Part shown: positions 12,450 through 26,515 of the stretch, piece by piece
Numbering within the stretch: position 1 is the stretch's first letter
How the letters are laid out: every line of letters begins with the position of its first letter
Assembly: GCF_964194155.1 (NCBI RefSeq)
Contig: NC_135888.1
Span: forward strand, 37,200,001-37,264,000
Direction of reading: 5' to 3'
Length of the DNA stretch: 64,000 nt
DNA from: Cetorhinus maximus
Taxonomy: Eukaryota
Notes under the pieces: generated by a model
Databases searched by the model: none
Seen by the model: only the letters and a program-made list of their open reading frames with translations
What the model was told of the DNA's origin: nothing
Position numbers and translations under genes: made by a program

Positions 12450-13605
12450 ATTAATTCATGGGACGTGGGCTTCGCTGGCTGGGTCAAGATTTATTGCCTA
12501 TCCCTAGTTGCCCTTTAGAAGGTGGCGGTGAGCTGTTTTCTTGAGCCACCGCAGTCCGTGTAGTGTAGGCACACCCACAGTGCTGTTAGGGAGGGTGTTC
12601 CAGGATTTTGACCCAGAGACAGTGAAAGAACGGCGATATATTTCCAAGCCAGGGTGGTGAGTGACTTAGAGGGGAAATTCCAGGTGGTGTTCCTATCTAT
12701 CTGCTGCCCTTGTCTTTCTAGATGGTAATGATCGTGGGTTTGGAAGGTGCTGTCTAAGGAGCCTTGGTGAATTCCTGCAATGCATCTTGTAGATGGTACA
12801 CACTGCTGCTACTGTGCGTCAGTGGTAAAGGGAGTGAATGTTTGTGGATGTGATGTCAACCAACTGGGCTGCTTTGTCCTGGGTGAAGTCAAGTTTCTTG
12901 AGTGTTTTGGGAGCTGCACTCATCCAGGCAATTGGGGAGTATTCCATCACACTCCTGACTTGTGCATCGTAGATGGTGGACAGGCTTTGGGAAGTCAGGA
13001 GCTAAGTTACTCATCGCAGGATCCCTAGCCTCTGACCTGTACTTGTAGCTACAGTATTTATATGGCTAGTCCAGTTCAGTTTTTGGTCAATGGTAACCCC
13101 CAGGATGTTGATGGTGGGGGATTCAGTGATGGTAATGTAATTGAACATCAAGGGACGATGGTTAGATTCTCCCTTGTTGGAGATGGTCATTGCCTGGCAC
13201 TTGTGTGGCATGAATGTTACTTGCTACCTGTCAGCCCCGGCCTGGGTATTGTCCATTTGGACATGGACTGCTTCAGTATCTGAGGAGTCACGAATGCCGC
13301 TGAACATTATGCAATCATCAGCGAACATCCCCACTTCTGATCTTATGATGGAAGGAAGGTCATTGAAGAAGCAGCTGAAGATGGTTGGGCCAAGGACACT
13401 ACCCTGAAGAACTCCTGCAGTGATGTCCTGGAGCTGAGATGTCTGACCTCCAACAACTGCAACCATCTTCCTTTATGCTAGATATGATTCCAACCAGTGG
13501 AGAGTTTTCCCCTGATTCCCATTGACTCCAGTTTTGTTAGGGCTCCTTGATGCCATACTCAGTCAAATGCGGCCTTGATGTCAAGGGCAGTCACTCTCAC
13601 CTCAT
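12450..13605 (-). mobile_element. APE-RT LINE (CR1/Jockey group; same family as 30857-33575), 5'-truncated
   Basis: GVLQGSVLGPTIFSCFFNDLPSIIRSEVGMFADDC; 3' tail matches 33400-33570. Confidence 0.9.
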
Positions 13606-14794
13606 TGAACTATGCTGACATGTAGTTCAGGTACTTATAATGTGCCTCCTTACATTCAAATTGCTCTCCTGTAAAGGTCAAAGCTCAATATTGAAAAGTT
13701 TCTTTTTTCTCCTAACGTACTGACTCATGCTGTTGCTCAGTTCCACTGATACCTCTGTTTGTGTGTCAACATTGGGTGTTGGGTTCATTATCCGACTAGG
13801 GCAGTGCATGAACCAGTTGTCGCCCAACATCTGACACAAAGACACTTTTCACTGCTGCAGATGACTTGCCTTCCATTTCCCTAGTACTGTAGCCAATTAG
13901 AGCACCATTGCTGGGACCCGCTATCTCTTCTAAAAGCAGGGAACAAAGCTAAGATCCTTCTATGTGGTGGACTTTTAATCATAAAACGAGATGCCTCAAT
14001 GTATTTTTCATATGTTGAGAGACATGCTTTGTCCTTCCAACTTCTGGATTTTTATTTTCAGATTTCCAGTATGAATACTTGTATTTGCTTCCCACCGATA
14101 CTGTATGGATCATAATAGGCCAATAGTATTTAAGCTAAATTGGATGATGTGATCTAAATGCTAATTGCAGCCCGTGTTTAGATTTCTCACTGGCACCATC
14201 CAACAATGAAAGGCATTTTGAAAACACTCCTGCAGGGATTGCTGGTTCCGTCAGTCACAACTGTTGCTTTATATTTGTTATGGCATTACAAATTACAATG
14301 TACTCACCATAAAAGGCATAAAAATGAGTTAAATGATGTACAATGATGTGGCTCACTATGCACTGATATCCCTGCATGATGGTGTGTTTCTTTCTGATCC
14401 ATTCCGTTCAAATTTGACTTCATTATGTCTGTATGCGCTAAAGATGCGTCTGCAGGTTGATTAAAAAAGAAATGCCTGTAACCTTTTGGGTTTTATATTC
14501 AGGTGCACAGAATGTAAGATCAATGAAGTCAGGACAGACTTGAATAGGACAATGGCCAGATAACTGTTAGGAGCACTGGAAGACATTTTGGCTTCTGTTG
14601 ATAGGTTTCAGTACTCAGAAGAAAATTAAAGGGAGAGGAAAGAACAGAGTCAAGAATGTGGGGAGGAGTTCCATTTTGAATTTCAAATTTTTCACTGTTA
14701 ACTCTATCTGGTAACTTGGTAAGGAAAGATGACAGATAAATTATTTATTTTTATAAAATCAAAGGACTGAGTTGAGGGACAAAACTCATTTAGA

Positions 14795-14890
14795 TAAAAA
14801 CAAATGAATAACGGAAAATGCTGCAAGTGCTTAGCAGATCAGGCAGCAATCTGAGGAGACAGAAACAGAACTAATGTTTCACTTTGATAG
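14795..14890 (-). mobile_element. Penelope pseudo-LTR fragment
   Basis: GAAAATGCTGCAAGTGCTTAGCAGATCAGGCAGC..GAGACAGAAACAG resembles 380-430. Confidence 0.45.
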
Positions 14891-14894
14891 ATCA

Positions 14895-16030
14895 GTGCTG
14901 CTGGGGCCTCAAGTATTTACAATATATATCAATGACTTAGATAAAGGGACCAACTGCATGGTTGCTAAATTTGCTGATGACACAAAGATAGGTAGGAGAG
15001 TAATTTGAGAAGAGGACATAAGGAGTCTGCAGAGGGAAATAGTTAAGTTCAGTGAGTGGACAGAAATTTGGAAGACGGAGTATAATGTGGAAAATGTGAA
15101 GGTGTCCACTTCAGCAGGAATATTAGAAGAGCAGCATATTATTTAAATGGAGAGCGATTTTTGAATTCTGCGGTACAAAGGGATCTGGGCATCCTGGTGC
15201 ATGAATCACAAAAAAATAGTGTGCAGGTACAAGTAATTAGGAAAGCAAATGGAATGTTGTCATTTATTGCAAGGGGAATGGAATATAAAAGTAGGAAAGT
15301 TCTGCTACAGTTGTACAGGGCATTGGTGAGACCACATCTGGAGTACTGTGCACAGCTTTGGTCTCCTTATTTAATAAAGGATATAAATGCATGGGAAGCA
15401 GTACATAGAAGGTTCATTCAACTGATTCCTGGGATGAAAGGTTGTCTTAAAGGGAAAGACTGGACAGGTTGAGTGTGTATCCATTAGAGTTTAGTAGAAT
15501 ACAAACTTATCACATTGAAATATATAAGATCCTGAGGGGACTTGACAGGGTGGATGCTGAAAGGACATTTCCCCTAGTGGGACAGAATAGAACAAGGGGA
15601 CACAATTTAAAAATAAGGGGTCTCCTATTTAAGACAAAGATGAGAAGGATTCATTTCTCTCAGAGCATTATTAGTCTGTGGAATTCTCTTCCCCAGAGAG
15701 CAGTGGAGGCAGGGTCATTGAATATTTTTAAGACTGAGCTAGATAGATTCTTGACTGCCAAGGGAGTCTAAGCGTGGGATTTTCTGCACCCGCCCGCCTC
15801 CGCGATCTTCCGGCCCCGCTGCAAGTTAATGGACTTCTGGCTGGGGCACCACCTCGCCCGTGGCGGGTCCCGCCCGTAATGGTGCTAGAAAATACCAGCC
15901 TAAGGGTATAGGGGGTAGACAGAAAAATAGAAGCCACAATCAGGTCAGCCATGATCTTATCAAATGACAGAGCAGGCGCAAGGGGCCAAATGCCTACTCC
16001 TGCTCTTAATTTGAAAGTTCCTATATTCAT
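14895..16030 (+). mobile_element. CR1 LINE, 5'-truncated (RT C-terminal half plus 3' UTR)
   Basis: GSVLLGPQVFTIYINDLD..KFADDTK; RDLGILVH..LYRALVRPHLEYCAQLWSP; TRGHNLKI..SLWNSLP. Confidence 0.92.
15772..15900. mobile_element. Short Harbinger-type MITE inside the CR1
   Basis: TAA on both sides (15769-71, 15901-03); imperfect TIRs GCGTGGGATTTTCT / AGAAAATACCAGCC; CR1 sequence resumes on both flanks. Confidence 0.75.
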
Positions 16031-18119
16031 ATTAGAATTAAAGCACGGTCAAAAAAAGATTGAAGCAGGTCACGTGGCAATGATTAGGTGACACTACATG
16101 TAGATTTTAAATGCCAGCAAGGGGAAACTTAATTCACAATTAAATAGTTGTGAGGCCCATTCTGCACACCATGATAAATCTTGACCAGTGAGCATGATGA
16201 ATATGTTAAGTGGCAAATTTGGAGATCCGACAGCAAAGGAGAGGCAAATTTAGGGGAGCAATGGACCTAGCAGTATTAAAGTAAAAAAAAAATTCACATT
16301 TATATAACTGCCTTGCACAATTCCACAATGTCCAAATGCTCTCTCAATGCTACACTGGAGTATTAGCCTAGCTTTTGTACTTAAATTTCCGAGCAGAACT
16401 TATACCCATAACCTCCTGACTCAGGGGCGAGAGTGCTAACACTGAGCTGCAGCTGACACCTGGTAATAAAGAATTCATAAAATGTACAAATTTTATCAAT
16501 ATAAAAAGATTTACACTAAGTACTGTTCACACAAGAGTAGATTTCATGCTGCATTATTTACAACAAAATCAGGTTGCTAATTGCGAAGTCAAATGAATTT
16601 CATGGAAAATGGATACTAGTAAACAACACAGCATGAACCTTGTATTCATTTCTCCAGCACTCCAGACAGATTACCTTCTTCATTCACAAAATATGACACA
16701 TTTAGCTGCCAATTTATCAGTGTTACACCCAAGGATACAACATTCAGTTCACTGATTCCATCTCAATTCAATGTAGCAATTCTCAATACCCAACAATACT
16801 TTGAATTATTTTTCCATGACAAGATGACTACATTTCAAAAGACACAAATTCCTTATCATGAAAGCTGTATGGTTTGCTTCAAATGTGCAATGCACCCCAG
16901 ACAAGAATGCATCAACTGTACAGTGCAATCCACAACAAAATAACTGCATCCCACCAGGAGTCTGTTGTTACAGAGACTGACAAACTGTTACTCGTACAGC
17001 TGCTAGTTGTTTCCTTTTCTCTTTAACTGAAATCAGAAGTGCTTGTGAAGTCCAAATGTACAAACTCTCAAGTGATGAATGACCCCTTTTGTACCGATGT
17101 CAATGTATTTAAGGCCTCTGTGGTAGACTTTGAATGAACAGGTTTGCAAAGTTGTCTACATTCTGTCTTCCACTGCAACATCCCACGGTCATCAATGTAA
17201 CTTAGAGGGGAACTGGAACAAGAGTTATATTCCACTCTGAGATGATTGCCTTTCCATCATTCGGGGCTAGTTTGTTGTTGGAACTCGATCATCATCACAG
17301 GCACAAACCAGTAATGGGATTGCATCGCGAGAGTTGCACATAAGATCAGCTTTCATAGAAGGAGGAAAGGAAGATTTGTGTTTATACAGAGTGGAATCCG
17401 CTCCCAGCCGTGGTTGAGTTGTATACGCGATTTCATGCTGGACGGCCAATTAAGGTCCAGCCTGCGTGAAACGTGCCCTTGTAATGATCGAGCAAGGGCG
17501 GGAGCTTGTCAGGTGCCGGGTCTAATGGTGACCTGGCGGGCACTTTAAAACCAGTAGAGGCAGCACCATGAAGGCTGCCAGGGGAGAATCTTCGGGGTCT
17601 GTCCATGAGACTGGAACAATGGCCTTACCAGTGGCTGGAAACATCAGCTGATCTTCTCTGCATAACTAATCCAGTAACATACCAAAATGCTACTGTACCC
17701 TCGGCGAATCCCAAAGATCAAGAATTTTCTCAGTGCGGATCTCACTCTGCTGCCATGCCTCTGGCTGGAAGTGTGGCAGAAATTCTATTTCTTCTCTTTG
17801 AATAATTCCTCCTCCATGTCTTTTCTTTAGTTGCCATATTGTCCATTTTACCACCAAAACCTTACAAATCATTTTTGTACAGGCTTGCTTCTATTTGTTA
17901 GAACAGAAAATTTGAATAATTTCTCAGTTAACTTATAGTAGTAAGTTAAACTCTGGTGAAATTAAATTGTTGGTCTAATCATTCAGCCATTGCTTAAGCA
18001 AAGCTAACTAAAGTGCCCTTACTCTCCAGATATTTTCCCCATGAAGTTTAAGGATGAATACAATGTTGAGTTTGGTTCCACCTGTTTATGTTAGGCATGA
18101 AGGCCTTCTGTTCTGCCGT

Positions 18120-19011
18120 TGTCATGAAAGTATAATAGTTGTCATAATATTTTTCTGGTTCATTGTGCAGTAGGTTTATGGGGGTATAGTTCTGTCTGTC
18201 TGTGTGTGATTTAATTATATGTGGAGTCAAGTCAACTGCAAGCTTTAACTAATCAAAAGAAGCTAGGTGCTTGGCATGCTAATAAGTAAACATGGATGCT
18301 GACTTAGCATGTAAGATGTGAAGTGAATTTGCATTTTTAGATAGATGAAGGGAGATTTGGATTTTAAAGGGATTTTAATCTGTTTACAACTAGCCAGATA
18401 AGTTTGTTTTTTCTCAAAGATTACTGACAATAAATAATAGCAACATGAAGCTTTTATATTGTGAGGATGGTATATTGCAAAGACATATGAAAATAGGATT
18501 TAAATATTAAAAGAGAGAAACATATATAAAGGAGAATGAGGTTATGTGTCAGGAGAAGGCCCCATGAGATCCAACAGATGTGTGTCAAATAGCCTTAATG
18601 AAGCCTCCAGCATTTGTGCATAAGCCTGCTGTCTACTGAAACTGAAGCTGGGGAAAGCCATTTGGAAATTCCACTGTCCAGGGTAGTATATTATTTGCTG
18701 GATCTGTTTAAAATCTAAAATCTATTTTTGGATAGTTGCCTTAAAGAAGTTGTACTAGGAGTAAGGTTAATTAGGAATTTTAGGAATGACTATAGTATAA
18801 TTGTAGTCTTAAACGTGCTTGACATTTCTTATTTTGTTAATAAATATTTAAATTTTTTTAAATCTCTAGAAGTCTTGGTGAATGTATTACTTCTGAACTC
18901 AGTGCATGCATCTCAAAATAAATACACATTGCAAAACGATTGTGAAAGCGCGACCAAGTTTCCCTCATGGATTTGGTCCGCCTGGCACACATCATCTGCC
19001 GCATCACAACA
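18120..19011 (+). mobile_element. Solo LTR (~890 bp)
   Basis: TGTCATG...CACAACA termini, internal AATAAA signals, second family member at 1-202. Flanks CCGT/ATGT are only an imperfect TSD. Confidence 0.65.
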
Positions 19012-19053
19012 ATGTTTTGTTAATCTGTTTATTGGTGTGACCATTAACACCAT

Positions 19054-19682
19054 GGGCAGAATTTTACATCCTGCAGGCAACTGCGTGCCCGACCCAGTCG
19101 ACTGTGAAATAGTAAGCGATGACGTCTGGTGAGCGTCCCGATGTTATCAAGCACTTGCGCGATATCAATTAAGAGGCCAACTAAGATCATTAAAGCATCA
19201 ATTAACAGGGATTTTTTGCAGCCTGTCCTACCTTACGGTTGGCAGATGGCCTTTGCATTTTTCAAGGAACCTCATCCAAGGGCGGGATGAGGCTTCCGTA
19301 ATTAAATAAGAAAAAATTCTATGCACAGAATTTTTATAATGTCCACGCATAGGTGACTCATTCTGATGCATGGACATTTTTCCCAGATTTTAAATTCTGC
19401 CTTTATTCATTTTAAATTTGTCAGCTCCCTAAGGCAGCTCTCTGCCTTCAGGGCCCTTTCTTTCCCCACTGCCCTGTGCCTGCACTGACTTCAGCCCTCG
19501 CCCTCTTCCCACCCCCACCCCAGCAGCGCTGAGTTTCTCAGTACGTGTTTCACACTGCCTGGCTGTTAATTGGCCAGCCAGTGTGAAATCGCGCTCAGGG
19601 GCCGATAGCGGGCAGCAGCCTGTTTCCTGGCCGTTCCCAGGCCCGCCAATCATGGCCATCCATCGACCCGAAAATTCTACTC
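19054..19682. mobile_element. Harbinger-type MITE
   Basis: TIR GGGCAGAATTTT...AAAATTCTACTC; CAT on both sides; similar in opposite orientation to 39056-39761. Confidence 0.8.
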
Positions 19683-19759
19683 CATATATTGTTATGTTTA
19701 TTTGATGTGAGTGCCAACGTGATATAAGTTTTGCTTTTGTCTTAATGGCCTGAGTATGC

Positions 19760-21560
19760 TTCACTTGTTTTGTAGGTGCAGGGCACGGCACTATCTAATG
19801 CTGGATGTGAGTGGATCTTAACCTCATTGCACAGGCACTGAGTGGACTTTGGGTTAAAGGGAAAGGGTCATTTCAAACACCTGGGCTGGAGGCGGTACCC
19901 CAGCATGAGGTGGAGTCAGATCTTTGGCAGCCAAGCTTAAGGAGCTTTGGATCAAGGTGACCCTGGTATCCCTGCCTCCCTGAATGATCCAGAGGTCTGC
20001 CTCCACGCCTTCACTGTGCTCCTCACCAAGCTCGTCTTCTGACTCACCACTGAATTCATCCTCTGTGGCCTGCGGAGCTTCCTCAAGATCCTCTTCCTTC
20101 AGTGAGTCCCCACTTGCCAGAGCCAGATTGTGGAGAGCACAGCGTGCAACCACTATCAGTAACACACACTCTGGAGGGTATGGTAGCACTCCCACTGAAT
20201 GACCCAGGCATCAGAAGCGCATCTTCGGAAAACCAAATGGTCCTCCTTATCACCGCCCTTGTAGAGGCTTGACTCCTTTTACAACACTGCTCTGCCTCTG
20301 TTCTTGGGTGGCAGAGAGCCGTCATAACCTACTTTTCAAGTGATAGCCCTTGTCACCCAACAGCCATCCATCCAGTCGAGCTGGGGCAGTGAGCAGCCTT
20401 GTCTGAGCAAGTGTCTGAGGATGTAAGCGTCATGGGGGCTGCCAGGGTACCTTGCACAGACTTGCAGAATCTGCGTCTTGTGGTCACACACTATCTGCAT
20501 GTTTATCGAGTGGACGCCCTTCCTGTTGATGAAGGCACCCGGCTGACCCGCTGGCACCTTGATGGCCACATGTGTGCAGTCGATTGCACCCTGGATGCAA
20601 GTCGATTGCACCTCTGGCTCGCTCAGCCTGGCTGGCCTCATTTGTACGGAAATGAATAAATGTCATTTCCCGCCTGAACAGAGCTTCTGTCACCAGCTTG
20701 ACACAACTGTAGACAGCTGATTGGGAGACTCCACAACGATCCCCCACTGACCCCTGGAAACCTTCTGGGCATAGAAGTTGAGGGCCACTGTGACATTCAG
20801 AGCCACTGGCAGAGGGTGTCCACCCAGTTAGAGGTGATCCCAGACCCAATAATCTGACAAATGGAGGTCACAGTGTCCCTGAAGAGGCTGAGTCTCCTTC
20901 GCCATTGCACCTCAGACATGTTGAGGTGGCTGCATCACTGCCTGTAAACCCTGGCAGCAGGATAGTGGCATCTTCTGTGGCCCCTTCCACCTTGGACTTC
21001 CTGCTACGTCCTACGTCCCTTGTGCCTGCGCCTCTCCTCCCACAGGTCACATCCCTGGAAGTTATATAAGGACAACTGGCCTCCTTTCCCTTCTGCCCCT
21101 CTCTTCCTCCTCAGAGGAGGTGAGGTGCCACCAGCGGGGAGCACAATCCCCATTTCCAGGGTAACAGAAGTCTGTCTGGTGCCTGGAAGGATCCACATGA
21201 TCAAAATGCTCCAGGGGCCTTGGAGACACCAATGAGTCCTGAAATGAAGCCTAGAAATGCTCAGACTGAAGCTCAGAATGTAGATGAAGCTGTCAAGTTC
21301 AAATAAGCAACCAGCAGCAAACAACATCCTAAACTCCTCACTACTCACAATGGCAATGCTCCAGACCCGTTTTATCCTGCCCTTGGAAGAGGTTTCGTTA
21401 AAAGTGGGCTGCCCGTCTGCCCATTTTTCCTATGCCATGAGCACGAAATCATGTGGGCAACATAAAATCAAGAACAATTGGCTTTTTGATGGCCTTTAGT
21501 GGCACTTTAATTGTTGGTGGGTGCAGCTCCGACACCCGCGCGTGTCGTCGACCTGAAGAA
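19760..21560 (-). mobile_element. Harbinger transposon remnant with decayed HARBI1-type DDE transposase (~19920-21150)
   Basis: QGAIDCTHVAIK..FINRKGVHSINMQIVCDH..ARYPGSPHDAYIL; IVVARCALHNL followed by an acidic tail; frameshifted. Confidence 0.9.
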
Positions 21561-21579
21561 ATGGTTCTGGGAGTGGTAG

Positions 21580-22037
21580 CACCTGGAATTGTTCCTGCTT
21601 CTGTGCTGCTGCTTTCTGCTTTGGGCCTGTGCTCATTGCTGTCCGGTTTCTGGGCCTGTGTCTCAGCTGGTACCTTCTTGTCCCATGATGTTCCAACGTC
21701 TTGGTAAAATCATTTGAGAATCTCTTTTCTTGCCAGTCCTGTATCTTTTTTATAAGGTCTGCTGGGTCTTTCACTCGCTGCCACCATGTTTTGTTGGGTG
21801 GTAGGGGTCTAGCCGGGGGTTTTAGGGGTTGTCTATACTCCCAAAGTACGCTGCTTGAGTCTGTAATTTCTTAAAACCATTATTCTTTATTTACAGCAAG
21901 TATTTACGTGTTTGGGCCTCTACACAAGGTTGGAACTTCTGCTCCTTCCAGGTCTCTCTTACTTCTTAGTGATGAGTTCTGACATCATGATTACATCAGC
22001 ATCATATATATTTCCGATGTTAACCCTTCACTCTACA
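21580..22037 (-). mobile_element. Gypsy 5' LTR (21787-22037) with tRNA-Leu-type PBS and a short internal remnant
   Basis: Minus strand: TGTAGAGTG...AATAAA...CAAAACA, directly followed by TGGTGGCAGCG (complement of the tRNA-Leu 3' end). Confidence 0.75.
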
Positions 22038-22954
22038 CTTGCATGGATGGTATCAGGGTCAAACCCAGTTTCAATCAGATCCAATCTCCCCACAGAGGTC
22101 ACTGGTCAGGAGTGGCAATTGTGGCCCCTCTTTAACTCTGAAGGAGTGTCAAGGTCATTGTTGTGCTCTCACTCTCACCAGCTAGGATCTGCTAATTCAG
22201 AGAAAACCAGGGGAGCCTTTTGTTGATAGCTGAATAACATTCAAATTTTATCAGTTGATAGGTGTGACTTTTATCCTTTGCATTCTTTGAATCCTTTGCT
22301 CTAATTACACAAATCGTATCCTAAAGAAAATATTTCTAATCCTGTAAATGACACTAATCAGCCATTGCATGAAACTTTAGGAAGTAAATCAGGTAGCACC
22401 CATGATACGAAGAAGACATTACCTCACATGCAAAGATAAAATGTCGTAACAATACCCAATGCAGCGCCATAAATTATAAAAGTTTCAGTACCCACAAGTA
22501 AAACAATGAAAACAGTTAACGGTTGAATATCTTTTATCCAGAGTTTTGCGCCCCCCCGCCTCCCCCCTCCCGAAGCTGTCAGCATTTGCTGGTGTTGGGC
22601 TTGAGTTGGACAGTGTCAAAAACCTATTTGGACTCAACCCTGGCCGCCCTTCAGCAGACTATCAACCAAGGGGAGGGCACAGAGTAATACCAAAAAAAAA
22701 TATGAAGGCTGATTTACCTTTGGGCCTGAAGGATCACGAGGGCCCACTGCATTGAGGAAATTCAGGTAGAGAGGAGCCTAAGTGATTTTTCATCTGTTCA
22801 TTTAAACAGAAGGATAATCATCTATGATCATGCAATCCCCTCTTCTACTACCCATTGCACCCCAGCAATCCTTTACGTCAAACACAAGATGACCAAAATC
22901 AGCTGATACATCAGCCTTTTTAAAATGAATATCTATCCTGTTGCTGAAGTGCCA

Positions 22955-23272
22955 TTAACTCTCTTTCAGATGAGATGTTAAACTGAGGCCCTGCCTGCTA
23001 GCTCAATTGGATGTAAGAGCATGGCACTATTCAAAAAACAAGGGAGTTCACCCCAGTGTCTTGGCTAATATTCATCCCTCAACCAAGGTCATTAACACAG
23101 ATTATCTGGTCATTATCACATTGTTGGTTGTAGTAACTTGCTGCACACATGTCAGCTTCGACATTTCCTACATTACAACAATGACTGTACTTCAAAATTC
23201 ATTCATTAGTTGTAAAACACTGCAATGTATTGAAGTCATGAAAGGTGCTTTATAAATGCAAACCTTTCTTTC
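22955..23272 (+). mobile_element. Deu-domain SINE (SacSINE1/AmnSINE1-like) fragment
   Basis: CTTTCAGATGAGATGTTAAACTGAGGCCC..CATGGCACTATT..GGAGTT..TGTCTTGGCTAATATT core and an L2-like tail ending TATAAATGCAA. Other copies at ~16290-16460(-), 23810-24070(-), 36075-36330(-), 59225-59460(-). Confidence 0.75.
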
Positions 23273-24272
23273 TACCTTCTCTTGGCAAGCTGATTAAGAG
23301 TATTCATTTATTTCTTTCTCTCTCAGGAATGTTTTCAGTGTGACCAAATGATGCAAAGTTTCCCTTGCCTCTCGAAAACATACAATCCAAAGGCAGTATT
23401 TTGAGAACTGAGTTTGACAAGCTGCATTTGCAGAATTAATGGTCAGTCAAAACTGGGGTGTTGTCATGGTTATAATTCATTCTGCCTCTGTAAGCATCAT
23501 AAAACACCAGGAAAAAAGTGCTGAGCAGGCGCATTCAGTAAATTAGCAAGCTGCTGGAATTCCGAGTAGATGGATTAGTTTAGAGTAATGCTTTCGTAAT
23601 AGGATTCACTGATGTGTAACTAAGAGATGCTATTTTTGTAGCTTAGTGTATTCTTTTTACCCATGTTGCTATAAAAAGTAATCATGGTAAACTACAAATT
23701 AAGACATGGGTTCATCAAAGGTTACTGCTGGCTTTGTGCTACTTCTCTCGATTGTGTCTGTGGTACATTGAGTCAAGCTGATGAGGAATTTGTTTCAGGT
23801 AATGTGAAAGAAAGACTTGAACACAGCAAGGTTCCATAAAACAGCATTGTGATAATGACCAGATAATCAATTTCTTAACCAATATTGTGAATTTCAGCTA
23901 CACCACTAGGGAGAACTTTCTGTACCTCTTCAAAATAGTACCAAAGGATCTGCATGGCATGTCCATATGAAATGGCAGGCAGGCCTCCTTTTGATGTACA
24001 ATTTGAAAGGCAGCACCTCTGACAGTACAGTGCTCCCTCAGTACTGCAGTGGAGTGTCAACCTTGATCGGCCAGCTGTGGAAGACTTTTCAATGGGGAGG
24101 ACACTTCCCGAATTACAATAGCAATCAGTCTGGATTCAAACTGCAAGCTCATTGTCAAGGGAAACAGCTGAATTTAACTTTGCAGAAATGTTACATTTAA
24201 AAAAATGTACCTCAGGAACATTACATAAGGACAGGATTAGAGAGCTTTCATACAAATACCTTTCCAGATCTA

Positions 24273-24738
24273 CCATATATACTCGACAAATGGTCGGCCT
24301 CATGTATAACTTGACCCCTGACTTTGACCAAAAAAACATTCATTTTTCATATATCTCGTGTATAAGCCAGCCTCTGACTTTTAGCCAAAAGATCCAAATA
24401 CTTCACACTTATCATCCACTAGCCACCGCTGAAATCAAACATGTCCGGGTGCCTATCTACTCATTGAGAGAATTGTTGAATAACACACTATCAAAAGTGG
24501 CTGTTCAGTTCCTTGTGTCTGCACATGTCAACACTTGATTAAAAATACTTGCTGGCTTCTTTTGTATTACTTTTGGGGGCGGTGTTGGCAGGAAGATTTT
24601 CCGACCTGGCAATGCTGCAATAGCAAGATGGTGAGAGAGGGTGGATTTCAACCCCTGGAAAATATTATTCCTGGAAAAGTCGCCCCCCCTACTTTTTGCC
24701 TAAAAATTTAGTCTTAGAAGCTAGACAAGTATATACAG
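24273..24738. mobile_element. Tc1/mariner (Tc2/pogo-like) non-autonomous element
   Basis: TA|CCATATATACTCG...CAAGTATATACAG|TA; both TIRs are CpG-decayed forms of CCGTATATACTCG; TA TSD. Confidence 0.7.
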
Positions 24739-26087
24739 TAAAAATATTTTATGAGTTGAATTAACTTTTAGATAAGTGTCTTGGTATTTATTTCTTCTAA
24801 TATTCGAGCGTCTAATGTAATGCTTTTGTAGGAAATTAGCTGTTTTAAGAGGTTTGGATCAGTTTGCTTTAAGTAGGTTAATGGCCCCACTAAAGTAGCA
24901 CACAGAAGAATTTCATATGAGTTAGTGGCCCATATTGGATGAGTCTAATTTCAAGACAAAAGCCCATAAGTACCTAATCCCTTTTTTGTAGGTTGTGGTG
25001 TGAAACAATCATTAGCCCATAATTCACTGTGCAGGAACAGCAGGGAGTCCACTGTTTACTGCAGTTTTGGCACTTTGAAAAAATATACAATTCGTTTTTT
25101 TTTATAAGTCATAACAGGTCCGTGTGTGTTAGTAACACTGCATCTGAGCATTCTACATTTGCTGATGAAATGGTTTTATAATAGCACCAAGAGTGGATTT
25201 TGTTTTAATTTGTAAGTGCTGATTACAAATAGATACCTGACCAGATTCTGAACACCAGTGAGTAAGTTGCATGGGTCATTTTATCCCTTATGCAAAAATA
25301 CCTAAAATTAAACCATTATGTAATGGTGAGAAAGGAATTTTCTTTTTGCAGCTGCATTTATTCAGTCTTGTTTTGAAAGGTTTCTAATGCACTCTGTATT
25401 CAAATATCCACTCCAACTCTGTGATTGTTGCAAATAAATTAACTATATAATTTCGCAGGTGCAATATGAAAATACTATCCTATTTTACAATGAGACTGCT
25501 AACTCAGCCATTGATTTAAAAGATGGAATAAATCTGTTTGCTAGTGTGGTATTTCAGCGGTAATGGATGGTTTAGCAAGAACTATTTTGCGATGGTTTGA
25601 GTTGCTTATTAAATTGTGATTTGATTGGTAGGTGTTTGTTTAGGAATGGAGCCCGGGCTGAGTCCCACTTTGAAAGAATTCGATCAGGAACACCCAGCTA
25701 TGTTTGCAGTCAAGAAGACCTTTATTCATTTTATTACAGGTCTCTTCTTTCCGACCTCCCAACTTAAGGAAGATATTCTGAGGGGAAGCCTCAAGCCACT
25801 GGTGCAAGGGTAAGGCGCAGCTTAGTTTGCTGGGAATTGACAGCTATTTTATATTCGTGGAAGCTTTAGCTTGTCAGAAACCTTCACATGTACAGAGTAT
25901 ATGCCACTGCAGTGAGGTAAATTGGGAGGGTGTAATTCAATTTGCCCCAGGCTTTGAATTCTCAAACATGGATATGTTTTACTTTGTGGGGTGTAATTTA
26001 TAGCATGAAAATATAGATTAGGTAAAATAAACACTTATTCTGCAGATGCTGGGATGGCATCTTTTTCCAAGCTGACACTTGTGGTGT

Positions 26088-26515
26088 TGGCTGTGGCTCA
26101 ATGGTTAGCACTCTACCCCTGAGTCAGAAGTTTTTGGTTCATCGTACCACTAAGGAGACTTGAGTACATCATCCAGGCTGACTCCCACAAGAGCTATACT
26201 GTCAGAGGTGTTGTCTTTGGGATGAGTTGTTAAATCAAGGCCTTGACATCCTCACAGGTGATCACAAAAGATCCCATGATACTATTTCAAAGAAGAGCAG
26301 GTGAGTTCTCCCTAGTGGCCTGGCCAGCATTTACCCATGAACCATTTTCACTCAAACAGGTTATTTGGCTATTGTTGCTTGTGGATCTTTGCTGTACCAC
26401 ATTTCTGATATTACAACAGTGACTACACTTCATCAAAGTACTTAATTAACAGTAAAGCATTGGGACATCCTGAGGGTGTGAAAGACACTATATAAATGCG
26501 CGTTCTTTCTTTTCT
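26088..26515 (+). mobile_element. Near full-length Deu-domain SINE with tRNA-derived head
   Basis: A box TGGCTCAATGG, degenerate B box GGTTCATCG, Deu core, tail TATAAATGCG..TCTTTCTTT. Confidence 0.8.

Noticed and set aside
20578-20612. Short duplication GTCGATTGCACC at the transposase GAID motif
   Set aside because: Local slippage or repair scar in a dead copy; no functional implication.
25740-25809. Possible 70-bp plus-strand exon (TTACAG|...|GTAAGG)
   Set aside because: Splice-like signals only, with no recognisable peptide and no neighbouring exons; chance-level evidence.
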